DNA from: a virus
Taxonomy: Duplodnaviria; Caudoviricetes
Direction: 5' to 3' (one strand)
Length of the DNA: 64,000 bases
Virus record (IMG/VR): IMGVR_UViG_3300020190_000004
The translations under genes and the position numbers were made by a program. The stretch's first letter is position 1, and every line of letters starts with the position of its first letter. Below are positions 55,471-64,000 of the stretch, piece by piece. The notes beneath the pieces were generated by a model. That model did no database searches. It saw only the letters and a program-made list of their open reading frames with translations, and had not been told where the DNA came from.

Positions 55471-57306
55471 TTAATAAGTTCTACCTGGCCCTTTGCCTCT
55501 CAACTTATCCCCAAAAGAAAATTTCTGCCCGCTGATAAAAGACTGGTCGAAGTTTTTAATAACACGAAATACATCCATGACGTCTTCACCACTTCCTTCT
55601 GTTGACATACGCAATTCAACAGCCTTTTTTGTTGCTTCATCAACTTTATCATACATGTCCTCTACCATTTCATAAAAGTCAATAGAGTCAAAGTAAGTAA
55701 CAAGATTGACGCAAGTCATAGCAACATCATCATGCCCCATTTGCGATTCGTACCGTCCTGCATTATTTATACCAAAAGCTGACAACTCTTCAAATGTTTT
55801 GGATTCTGTTAAAACAATCCTTTTGTTATGTAAGAAATTTCTAAGTTCTCGAGAATATGATTCTTTATTGTCTTTTTGAATCTTTACCCCAAGTTTCATT
55901 TGATCATTAGCGATAGAATGCTTGGTATATAAGAAAATCTCAGGATAAAATTCTCGATGTCTTGATAGTCTTTCGAAAACCAAGTTACCCTTGAAATTAA
56001 TCTCCATCACAATCTTACAGTTCTCGTGATTATACAAGCTAAACGTAAGTATTTCTAAACACTTAGCCATTTCTTCCACGGATAACTTGTTTGACCTAAA
56101 CATACCAACTTGCTTTAATCTAAAAAAGCTGGTTTCATCAGCCCAGTCTCGAGTTTGCCTTATCATAGCAGGTGACTTAGGTTCTAGCTTAAATATGTTT
56201 ATCACTGTGAAGTCACGACCTACCCCATCGCCAATGTCTATAGCGAATATCATTTTATCGTCTTTGACACTAAGGTCAGTCGGGTCGTATTCAGGGTGCC
56301 ACTTTAAAACCTCAGCTAGATCTGGGTAATCTATCAGATCATCGATCTCGACGTATTTATAGTTTTTTGCTATTCTTTTAATAAAGTTTAGAGTTGCGCT
56401 TGATAAGAGAAGTCTTGATGACGCAAGAAATTGATTTCCATATTCTTGGTTAAATAATTCTTCGTTACCAAGGTTGGCAATTTCTCGTTTTTTCCACTCT
56501 TCATCTCTTCCTGGTACTTGCCACCAATCGACGCGTATGTGATGAAATGCATTTTTTCCTTGTAAAGCTCCTTGGTATATCTCGTAAAAGAGATTCATAC
56601 CATTTGGAGTAGAACATATAATCATCCTGGATATTTGGGAAGATGATAAGGTTGGATAAATTGAACGATAAAAAGGCAATAAGAAGTTGCTGTGAATGTG
56701 AGCAAACTCATCCGCGAATAACAAGTGAATGGTAAAACCAATAGCCGCTGTTTTGGTAGTTGCTTGTGAGAATAGACGATTACCGTTGTCAAATCTCATA
56801 CCTGTTACACCACCACTTACGATGCCTGGCTTCATAAAGAAAGGCAAGTTCTTTAAGATTACTTTAATTTTATCAACAATTTCGTTAGTTGTGGCTAACT
56901 TGTTAGCCACAACCATGCAGTTCCTATCGTAGTGAAAACATAGGTACCACGCAATAAAGATTGAAGATGTCACAGTCTTACCGATCTGGCGTGATGCAAG
57001 CATGACAGAAAAACGATTTTCCTGGAATCCTTTGAGCATGTCTTTTTGGTAATCACGAAGTGTTATTCTCCTAACCCCTTCATCTGTCATAGAGAAACAA
57101 TACTTTTCACCAAAGTAAACTACATCAGCAGCACACTTAGCCAATTCTTGTAACTCTTCTTGTGAATACTCAAAAACTACATCAGCTGCACGATACGCAG
57201 TGTTTTGATCATAGAAAGGAGAGAAGTCAGCGGTAAGACCGCTATCTATTCTTCCGACCATTTCATTAATCTTCTTACTGTTCCAAACTTTGCCCGTCTT
57301 CGACAT
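55471..57306 (-). CDS. terL: terminase large subunit (T4 gp17-like)
   Basis: LRDYQK; SRQIGKT; Walker B LFADEFA; STPNG; nuclease D.GDGVGRDF...HDDVAM. Confidence 0.92.
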   Translation of the reverse strand: MSKTGKVWNSKKINEMVGRIDSGLTADFSPFYDQNTAYRAADVVFEYSQEELQELAKCAADVVYFGEKYCFSMTDEGVRRITLRDYQKDMLKGFQENRFSVMLASRQIGKTVTSSIFIAWYLCFHYDRNCMVVANKLATTNEIVDKIKVILKNLPFFMKPGIVSGGVTGMRFDNGNRLFSQATTKTAAIGFTIHLLFADEFAHIHSNFLLPFYRSIYPTLSSSQISRMIICSTPNGMNLFYEIYQGALQGKNAFHHIRVDWWQVPGRDEEWKKREIANLGNEELFNQEYGNQFLASSRLLLSSATLNFIKRIAKNYKYVEIDDLIDYPDLAEVLKWHPEYDPTDLSVKDDKMIFAIDIGDGVGRDFTVINIFKLEPKSPAMIRQTRDWADETSFFRLKQVGMFRSNKLSVEEMAKCLEILTFSLYNHENCKIVMEINFKGNLVFERLSRHREFYPEIFLYTKHSIANDQMKLGVKIQKDNKESYSRELRNFLHNKRIVLTESKTFEELSAFGINNAGRYESQMGHDDVAMTCVNLVTYFDSIDFYEMVEDMYDKVDEATKKAVELRMSTEGSGEDVMDVFRVIKNFDQSFISGQKFSFGDKLRGKGPGRTY

Positions 57307-57958
57307 CTTTATCCCTTTTAATTACTGCTTCTGCTTTCTTTTCTGGTACAGCTTCTCTTAAGATCTCCATTAGTTGCTTACCACCTCTGAACTGTGCACC
57401 GCCGTTATCAACCTCAACAGAATAGTCACCGGTTGATAACGAAGTAGGTTCTTCCGATTTCTTTATGCGGTAGTCTTCTTTTAAGTTTTTGTAGTTTTGC
57501 TCCATGATTACCATAAATTGGGCGAGATGTTTTACAATTTCCATCTTTGACCTTTGTAATGACGCAAGAACTTCAAAAGTTCGTGGGTGAGTATTTCCGT
57601 TGTCAATTTCTTCAAGAAGTTTAATGATAGCGTGTTCAGCCGTCTTCATTTGAAAAAGCAAATTAGAAACTGTGATTTTATCCACGGAATTCTTTTGCTT
57701 GACATACGGAATTTCTGATATGATATCTCGGTCAAGATAAAACTCAGCAATAGAATCGACTATGCTAGTCGATGTATTGTCAGATTCTTCCTTCACACGG
57801 TGGTAATCGAGGAACCCTGACGCAGTTCTTGAGGGAAGAATGCTTCTTGCTTCTTGGACCGCGTTTTGAACCTCGGTGGTGTCGATTGCGATTAATCGCT
57901 CGAGCTCGTCTTTTAAGTCAAGTTCTCGCTTTCTCTCTGGTGTATCTTTTCTTGGCAT
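57275..57958 (-). CDS. terS: terminase small subunit (T4 gp16-like), likely start MPRKD
   Basis: HPRTFEVLASL motif similar to the gp16 PR..EV motif; directly upstream of terL. Confidence 0.65.
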   Translation of the reverse strand: MPRKDTPERKRELDLKDELERLIAIDTTEVQNAVQEARSILPSRTASGFLDYHRVKEESDNTSTSIVDSIAEFYLDRDIISEIPYVKQKNSVDKITVSNLLFQMKTAEHAIIKLLEEIDNGNTHPRTFEVLASLQRSKMEIVKHLAQFMVIMEQNYKNLKEDYRIKKSEEPTSLSTGDYSVEVDNGGAQFRGGKQLMEILREAVPEKKAEAVIKRDKDVEDGQSLEQ

Positions 57959-57959
57959 A

Positions 57960-59966
57960 TTATTTAGTTTTACCGCTCCACGGCAACAGCAATCTCGGCA
58001 CAGCGTTATCAATAATTATCGCATAATGCGTATCTTGTACGATTGTCTGATTTAAGATTGTCATCTGTTTCATTAGATCGGTTTCAGTTTTGTTAAATAG
58101 TCTTATGTTAGTATACAGCAAGTTGCTAGCAGGTAACCTGTAATTGTAATCACCGCTTCCTGCTGTTCTAGGTTTTGCAGGAGCAACTATAGCCTTTGAG
58201 TATATATTCTCCAGATCTGTAGTTTGTTGTGGGGTAACTTCAGTCTCGTTCCACTTTCTTATCCAGACATCCAAAGATATTTGATTATAGTAATTACTTA
58301 CATTCAAAAAGAATGCATACCATGAACCCTCTATAACATTGTTTGGGAGAGCAAACACATGTTCTTCAGCGGGTGACTTAAATACAAAATATCTGCTAGC
58401 ATACAAAGAGAACTTCCAACCTGAGTTACTAGCTTCATCATAACCGTCGAGTAAAACTGTTTCGCTTGACTTCTCAGCAGTATAACCTGATTGCAAGTGC
58501 CATGTTGAATAAGTACTTGCTACAAAATCTAAGACAGCTTGCGGAACTTCCATAGTTATGGTTAAACCATTCATGGTTGAAACTTTACTTAAAAACTTTC
58601 CGTATAAACTAAACCCATTGTACCGAGTTATTTTGATTATATCTCCTGGTTCATAGTCACGATTTTGTACCGGTATGTTAAATGTAATTTGCTTAGGAAG
58701 AGTCATAGGAGGAATCATAATGATACCTTTAATAGGATCTTTAGGTATGATAACCTTTGGCTTCAATTCATTAAACCACCCCGTTAAAGATCTTTCTTCT
58801 GTTGCATCAATAGGGAATACAGCTTTTTCTCGGTAAACTACAGCATTAATAGGTTTATCTATATCGAATATCGATCTTAAGTCATATTGGGATTCTGAAA
58901 GGTATATACTGTAGTTTTGAACAACCCCTTGTGAAATGACAAGATCATCGTTTACAGTTAATCTAACTGGGTCATAATCACGGGAGCCGATTTTAGTATC
59001 ATATTGCTTAGGCTTAGTAGTCTTAATTTCATCTTCCCTGACTTCTTCTCCAAATCTTTCTTCGGCGTCCCATGTTAAGTTATCAAACTGTTCACGCAAG
59101 TCAGTAGGTTCGTATCGGTTGGACTTAGGTTGATACTTCTTAAGAGAAACTTTCCAATAAACTTCTCGCTGCATGATGTCTCTCCATAAGTAAGAACTCT
59201 CAATTTCATATATACGATTAACGATAGGGAAGTAAATGATATCGCGTTTCTGTGGTCCCGTCCCTACCCCAAAAATACTTTCGTAATAGTCTTTGACTAT
59301 TTGTATTTCAAAAGGCATTTCAAAGTCAAGACCCATTGGGTTAAATGATATCTTGCTATCAGGGAATTCGTTCCCTGGCACCAATACCTTAACACAGCAG
59401 GGATCTTCAACATCATACAAGGTCCACTCATGAAGAGTAAAGTCTCGTCCATTATAGAGAGGATTCGCTCTCGCGTACATTACATCATGACCAAACATTT
59501 GGTTTATCGTATACGCCAGTTCTTTATACAAAGCAACTGCTGCATTTACCGCGTAAGGCTTGAATGTAAAGTTTTCAATCTTTGTAAGATTGCTGATGTT
59601 TCCTTGCTCGGAAACAGTTAAAGGGGGGCGATATCCTAAGAATTTATCGTCAGCGTCTTCACACTGAGTAAATTCAACATATATGTCATTAATAGTAACA
59701 GGAAAGCCAGCTACTAAAGTATAGCGAAAATCTACATACAATTCATTACATGGATCAAGAATGGCTCCGCTTAATTCGGAAACATCCATCCAAGAAGTCT
59801 TTAGTTTATTAGAAGTACTCCACCTAAACTCCTTTTTTAAAGTACCAGCACCAGAGATATCATCTACTACTTTAGTAAGTTTATTCACATAGTAAAATGG
59901 CTTAGTAGGATTCTGCGAAAAGACAGCGAAGTCTCCAATCTTAGAAAGTGTAGCAATGCAACTCAA
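57960..59966 (-). CDS. neck protein (T4 gp14-like core) with additional N- and C-terminal domains
   Basis: FG.DVMY...PMG......I....E..FG...P...DIIYFP..NRIYEI; position upstream of terS. Confidence 0.6.
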   Translation of the reverse strand: MSCIATLSKIGDFAVFSQNPTKPFYYVNKLTKVVDDISGAGTLKKEFRWSTSNKLKTSWMDVSELSGAILDPCNELYVDFRYTLVAGFPVTINDIYVEFTQCEDADDKFLGYRPPLTVSEQGNISNLTKIENFTFKPYAVNAAVALYKELAYTINQMFGHDVMYARANPLYNGRDFTLHEWTLYDVEDPCCVKVLVPGNEFPDSKISFNPMGLDFEMPFEIQIVKDYYESIFGVGTGPQKRDIIYFPIVNRIYEIESSYLWRDIMQREVYWKVSLKKYQPKSNRYEPTDLREQFDNLTWDAEERFGEEVREDEIKTTKPKQYDTKIGSRDYDPVRLTVNDDLVISQGVVQNYSIYLSESQYDLRSIFDIDKPINAVVYREKAVFPIDATEERSLTGWFNELKPKVIIPKDPIKGIIMIPPMTLPKQITFNIPVQNRDYEPGDIIKITRYNGFSLYGKFLSKVSTMNGLTITMEVPQAVLDFVASTYSTWHLQSGYTAEKSSETVLLDGYDEASNSGWKFSLYASRYFVFKSPAEEHVFALPNNVIEGSWYAFFLNVSNYYNQISLDVWIRKWNETEVTPQQTTDLENIYSKAIVAPAKPRTAGSGDYNYRLPASNLLYTNIRLFNKTETDLMKQMTILNQTIVQDTHYAIIIDNAVPRLLLPWSGKTK

Positions 59967-59987
59967 AATGGGTGAATATCTTTTCTT

Positions 59988-59995
59988 TATATATC
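59988..59995 (-). promoter_or_regulatory. late-type promoter motif GATATATA
   Basis: 22 nt before the neck-gene start. Confidence 0.6.
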
Positions 59996-60075
59996 ACCCG
60001 GTCTGGGAGGCTAGATTACTTCATCAATAATCTTGAGTTTAAGAGCTTCTTTAGGTTGGGGAAGCGTTACTGCCA

Positions 60076-60489
60076 TTAGTCTTTAATTAGTTGTTCGAAA
60101 TTCTTTAATTCTTTTGCGAAGTCTTCCCCCAATATAAGAAGAGCGTCATCTACATCTCTTCGGGATATCTTGTGTATTTCACAGTACTTGCGAATAACAG
60201 CGTCGTCAACAGGTTGTGCAGCTTTCTTTTCTGCCTTAGCCTTAGAAGTTTTAACATACATCCACTGTGGAGTTCTGCTGTAACGTTGGCTTAAGAGCGA
60301 TTGCCAAAAAGTTACTGCTTGTCCTGGGTTAATCTTGATATGATTAAAGTAAGAAGCTTGAATAGGAAAACCAATACTACATAAACGATTAATCATAAAG
60401 ACATGTTTTCCTCGTTCATGCATTTTTGTTTTTCTAAACTCTTCGGGTTTAGCAACCATGTCATTTATGAATCCAAATAAATCGCTCAT
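60076..60489 (-). CDS. clamp loader small subunit (T4 gp62-like)
   Basis: FMINR...WMY.K..K...I..Y..IS..D...AL.IL pattern. Confidence 0.6.
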   Translation of the reverse strand: MSDLFGFINDMVAKPEEFRKTKMHERGKHVFMINRLCSIGFPIQASYFNHIKINPGQAVTFWQSLLSQRYSRTPQWMYVKTSKAKAEKKAAQPVDDAVIRKYCEIHKISRRDVDDALLILGEDFAKELKNFEQLIKD

Positions 60490-60818
60490 GCAGTTTGCCT
60501 ATTTGATATTTTATTCACCAAATCTTTTAAGTTCTTTGCTCTTAGCGCTAATTCATAATCTTCAGTGCTTACAAAGTAATCTTGCGCAAGGTCTAAACTT
60601 TCTATCATATCTTCTCGGTGCATCGTGATGTCAGCAAACGGGTACCGTGATTTTGTGTTTTCATAAAACTCTATAACCACAAGTTCATCAATGGTTGCGT
60701 CAGTTAACATTTTTTCTGTTGCGTCCATAGCGGTTTCATGAAGAATGTTCTCGTTTTCCCTTGACCATTCTACCAAAGTGTCAGCATCTTGTTCTATATG
60801 CACACGCGTAGGTTTCAT
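60486..60818 (-). CDS. acidic protein with UVR-like EDYE.A motif
   Basis: FVSTEDYELALRAKNL. Confidence 0.55.
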   Translation of the reverse strand: MKPTRVHIEQDADTLVEWSRENENILHETAMDATEKMLTDATIDELVVIEFYENTKSRYPFADITMHREDMIESLDLAQDYFVSTEDYELALRAKNLKDLVNKISNRQTA

Positions 60819-60820
60819 TC

Positions 60821-61924
60821 TTAAAGTTTGAATTGCGAGAAGATATCTGCCTCAAAGGTACGAGTTCCGCTGATAAAGCGAGTACCTTCAAGTATAAAGT
60901 TCATGTCGTAATTGTGAGCGCTTAAGATTAAAGTATGTTCTTTTTCATAAGCAGCTTTGAATTTCTCGACAATCTCAGAAGGAATTACCCGCTCATCAAG
61001 AAAGACCAACTGTAAGTTTCTCTCTAGTCTGCTCTTAACAGCCTCGGTAGGAGCAACTTGCTTACATGTTGAATTGATACCGTTAGAGATCTCAAGTGCT
61101 CTGTTTGGCAAGTCATACACATCGGTAATAGGTTTAACCATTTGCATCACTTCATAGATACGAGCAGCTTTGGATGGTGTAACCCTATAGGTTTTTCCCT
61201 TGTTCTCCCATGTCCAGATTGACGGAACAGTATCTCCGGCGTCACCAATGATTACTTTCTCAAAGATAATGTAATCAGGGTCAATTTCTTCTATAGGAAT
61301 TGCAGAAGCAGCCTCGGCAATTAAGTCTTTGCTGCGGTTCATAAATGTTGAAGCATCAAATAGATCATAGTCTTCTTTCTTGAGCCATTCAGAAAAACCT
61401 TTAGGCGCCACGATCTTGCGGCTCTTAGAGTTTGGGTTGTAAACAACGATAAAGTTTTTACCATTACATTTGATACATTGAGTCAAGTCTTTGTCACCGG
61501 TAATGATAATAGCATCTTCGCCTTGTTGAAAAAGTTTTTCTGCCCATAGGTACATCAAGTCATCGCCTTCAGCGCGTTCTTCTTTAGAAACAATGATACC
61601 TTTTTTCTTTAGGATAGCACCAAACTCATTCATGCATTTATAGAATGCGTCCCAATCAATAACAGACTCGTCTTTCTCGCGATTGGTTTTGTAACCACCT
61701 TCTTCAATAAGAACTTCTTTTCTCCAAGACTTAGAGTCAATGGTAAAAATGATACGGCTGGGATTGCCAAACGAACGAATAGCGTGAGTCATGTCAGTCG
61801 CGATTTTGCGAATGAACATTTCTTGGTCAGTGTCAGTGCTTAATACTTTACCTTTCTTTGCGTAGCTGCCAAAAATGAAAAGCGTTTTATAGAACAAGTA
61901 GTTCCCGTCGAATATAAGATTCAT
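60821..61924 (-). CDS. 5'-3' exonuclease / RNase H (T4 rnh-like)
   Basis: LIFDGNYL; DSKSWRK; Y.YKTNR; AEGDD; GDKDL; GDAGDTVP. Confidence 0.88.
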   Translation of the reverse strand: MNLIFDGNYLFYKTLFIFGSYAKKGKVLSTDTDQEMFIRKIATDMTHAIRSFGNPSRIIFTIDSKSWRKEVLIEEGGYKTNREKDESVIDWDAFYKCMNEFGAILKKKGIIVSKEERAEGDDLMYLWAEKLFQQGEDAIIITGDKDLTQCIKCNGKNFIVVYNPNSKSRKIVAPKGFSEWLKKEDYDLFDASTFMNRSKDLIAEAASAIPIEEIDPDYIIFEKVIIGDAGDTVPSIWTWENKGKTYRVTPSKAARIYEVMQMVKPITDVYDLPNRALEISNGINSTCKQVAPTEAVKSRLERNLQLVFLDERVIPSEIVEKFKAAYEKEHTLILSAHNYDMNFILEGTRFISGTRTFEADIFSQFKL

Positions 61925-61941
61925 ATAATTTACTTTAGTTT

Positions 61942-61969
61942 TATATACCGCGAATGTACTATAGTTCTT
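61942..61969 (-). promoter_or_regulatory. candidate ECF-type promoter (AAGAACT-N15-TATATA)
   Basis: Motif family match; 18 nt before the ATG. Confidence 0.55.
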
Positions 61970-62234
61970 TCGCCTTGCGTTGCCCTAATTTTCTAGTCCC
62001 GTATTGAACAGTAAATTCTGTGTATGCAACTTCGTTTTCAAAATTGTATTTGTCAAATCTAATGATGCCTTCTAGTGTAAATCTCTCGATAGTTTCACCT
62101 GATTGTAGATTCAAGAATGTTGGTTCATCCACTACTAGAGTATCTCCAACTTTGTATTTCACAGGATAGACTTCCCTACCAGAACTTTCTTTGATATCTT
62201 TCTTGACTATAAGTTTGTATTCTGCGTGTGTCAT
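61959..62234 (-). CDS. hypothetical protein (91 aa)
   Basis: ORF tiling. Confidence 0.65.
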   Translation of the reverse strand: MTHAEYKLIVKKDIKESSGREVYPVKYKVGDTLVVDEPTFLNLQSGETIERFTLEGIIRFDKYNFENEVAYTEFTVQYGTRKLGQRKAKEL

Positions 62235-62239
62235 GGTGA

Positions 62240-62593
62240 TTAAGCGTTTAAAGATTCGTAATACAATTGTTCATAAGTTTTCTTTTCAGGATTTTCGTAC
62301 CAAGGATAATCATTTTTCCATTCAGGATGCAAGTGATAGTAAGATTCTGAAAGATAGATGAGTTGGTAGTTCCCGGAAGAACAAGAATCATCAATGTAGA
62401 TGTAACCTTTTTTAATAAGCGAAGATAGTACACCGCGTAATACTCTAGACGATTTACCTACAGGACGAACAAGATCGTTTACATCCATGTCAGAGAAACC
62501 AGGTTCTGCGTATAAACCATTAATGATTGCTTGAAGCGATTGTTTCTCTAGAACGGTAAGGTTCTCTTTGTCGATGATTTGTGAAATTTCCAT
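62240..62593 (-). CDS. winged-helix DNA-binding protein
   Basis: LT.LEK..L...D...L....G.S...LRGVLSSLIKKGYI. Confidence 0.55.
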   Translation of the reverse strand: MEISQIIDKENLTVLEKQSLQAIINGLYAEPGFSDMDVNDLVRPVGKSSRVLRGVLSSLIKKGYIYIDDSCSSGNYQLIYLSESYYHLHPEWKNDYPWYENPEKKTYEQLYYESLNA

Positions 62594-62594
62594 A

Positions 62595-62680
62595 TTGATT
62601 AATTAATTATAGTATAAAATTAACCAATAAAAACTTACAATGCAAACTTTAGTGAAACTTTTTTCAAAAAGTTATTAACA
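62595..62680 (-). promoter_or_regulatory. early promoter element copy 16
   Basis: Consensus match; spacing 24 nt. Confidence 0.9.
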
Positions 62681-62923
62681 ATAATTCCATTTCTCCATGA
62701 TACGTTTGATGTTTGCTTCAAACTGTCTCATCAAAACAGGTAGTTCATTTACCATTGGAATGTTTCCCTGAAAAACCATTTCTCGTTGTAGGTTCCCTTC
62801 ACGGTCAACAAAGTACATATAAGATCTTGCACCTATCTTAACAATATCAAATTTCTTTTCATCAAGTTTGCTGTACTTGCTCTTGATATACTTCTTTACA
62901 TCAGATACTCTCTTGATCTCCAT
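62675..62923 (-). CDS. hypothetical protein (82 aa)
   Basis: Ends Cys-stop inside the box. Confidence 0.6.
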   Translation of the reverse strand: MEIKRVSDVKKYIKSKYSKLDEKKFDIVKIGARSYMYFVDREGNLQREMVFQGNIPMVNELPVLMRQFEANIKRIMEKWNYC

Positions 62924-63167
62924 ATTCTTCCTCCTCTGTTTTTTCTACTTTTGTAAACGGATACTTCCCTTTGATGTTTTTGTTAAAGTAAGAACCTTGA
63001 GATTCTGCTTCGCAAAAAGAGTTGTAAACATCTTCAGGAACTTCTCCGTATTTGTATGAAGCACCTGACACAAAGTCAATTACCAATTCGTTGTAGTCAG
63101 GAGTCCATCGTGATCCTGTGATAAGTGAAGAATTCCATATCCTCCCTTCTGTTGTTACAAGTTCCAT
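62901..63167 (-). CDS. KTSC domain protein
   Basis: SSLI....Y.....L.I.F..G..Y.Y..VP..VY..F..AES.GSYFN..IK..Y. Confidence 0.85.
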   Translation of the reverse strand: MELVTTEGRIWNSSLITGSRWTPDYNELVIDFVSGASYKYGEVPEDVYNSFCEAESQGSYFNKNIKGKYPFTKVEKTEEEEYGDQESI

Positions 63168-63168
63168 A

Positions 63169-64000
63169 TTAGCTATTCATTATTATTTGACATTCATAAA
63201 CTGCGGCAACCATAGAGATCGCGGGATCAATCACAGTTACTCTTTGTGATTGGTAGTGTGCTGCCTTAATTACAACTTGCGGTATCTTACCTGCAAGATT
63301 AGGCTGATTTTCCTTAATGTATTCTGGGAGTTCTCCGCCAAGGGAAGCAAGAACCTCATCAACTTTAGCACCGTAATTTGTCATCATAAACTTGTAAGTT
63401 TCAGATGGGTCGGGTTTAGGAGCACATACAAGTTCAAATATATCTCGGAAAGAGTAGTTAAGTTGCTTAATATCTTCAACCCGGATTTCTTTTACGCCTT
63501 GTATGATAAAGTTTTGCGTCTTGTTTAAGATAGATCGCATGTCAGGAAAGTTTCTCTTAACGAACTCAATGACAGCGTCTTTCTCGATAGCAATTCCTGC
63601 TTGTTTAAGAATTGACCAGGTTCTCTTAATAAACTCAACCATAACTTCTTTCTCTTCTTCTTTGTTAAGAAAGTCAAAAGATACACATGTGAACCGTGAT
63701 TGTACTGGGTCCGGCACTTTGTTAATGTAGTTACAAGTACCAATGAAACGAGCGGTTGCTGCGAACTTTTCTATAGTAGCACGAAGAGCTTTATAGAATT
63801 GGTCAGAAGCACCGTCCATCTCATCAAGAATGACTACCTTGTATTTCTCCGCGCCGTCAAGTAAACTAATAGTTGAACACCAGTTAGTAATCTTTTCACG
63901 TATAACATCAACAGAACTTTCATCAGAAACGTTTATGTATAGGTAAGGATAGTTACTTGCTAGTACTTTGGCAAGAGATGTCTTGCCTAAACCCGGAGAA
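63169..64000 (-). CDS. clamp loader large subunit (RFC / T4 gp44-like AAA+), 5'-truncated by the window edge
   Basis: Reading upstream of the ORF call gives SPGLGKTSLAK...INVSDE...VVILDEMDG; SRF(T)C motif. Confidence 0.9.
   Translation of the reverse strand, partial: SPGLGKTSLAKVLASNYPYLYINVSDESSVDVIREKITNWCSTISLLDGAEKYKVVILDEMDGASDQFYKALRATIEKFAATARFIGTCNYINKVPDPVQSRFTCVSFDFLNKEEEKEVMVEFIKRTWSILKQAGIAIEKDAVIEFVKRNFPDMRSILNKTQNFIIQGVKEIRVEDIKQLNYSFRDIFELVCAPKPDPSETYKFMMTNYGAKVDEVLASLGGELPEYIKENQPNLAGKIPQVVIKAAHYQSQRVTVIDPAISMVAAVYECQIIMNS

Noticed and set aside
55471-57306. Intein or intron in the terminase, sheath or ligase
   Set aside because: No intein splice junction or LAGLIDADG motif was noticed, and reading frames are continuous with expected motif spacing.

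Overview
A 64-kb segment of a large T4-like (contractile-tail) bacteriophage genome, probably infecting a Bacteroidota host. Host evidence: a -33/-7 type promoter motif, no obvious Shine-Dalgarno sites and a Bacteroidota-style DnaA domain. All supported genes lie on the minus strand. The right half (about 29.7-64 kb) has replication genes (RFC-like clamp loader subunits, RNase H/5'-3' exonuclease), the gp14-gp16-gp17-gp18-gp19-like neck/terminase/sheath/tube block, tail chaperones and a 2073-aa tape measure-like protein ending in a Peptidase_S74 domain. It also has collagen-like fibre proteins, an ECF sigma factor, dCMP deaminase and guanylate kinase. The left half (about 0.4-29.5 kb) is a dense early/accessory region of small genes, organised in cassettes by 16 copies of one promoter element. 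It includes an RNA-repair arsenal (Rnl1 ligase, kinase, HD, CCA enzyme, PTH2-like, HAD_SAK, cyclic-phosphate REC), DNA repair genes (RadA-SprT fusion, MBD4-like glycosylase, UvsE) and GalE. The best candidates for something new are: (1) a DnaA-box-like motif held in helical phase upstream of every early promoter, together with a phage-encoded stand-alone DnaA domain IV; (2) a GC-rich, about 1-kb non-coding region with nested helices, plus a small promoter-driven ncRNA beside it; (3) a three-tier promoter system including cognate ECF promoters; (4) a tape measure protein with an autocleaving chaperone domain. All annotations come from motif recognition by eye; no database searches were run.
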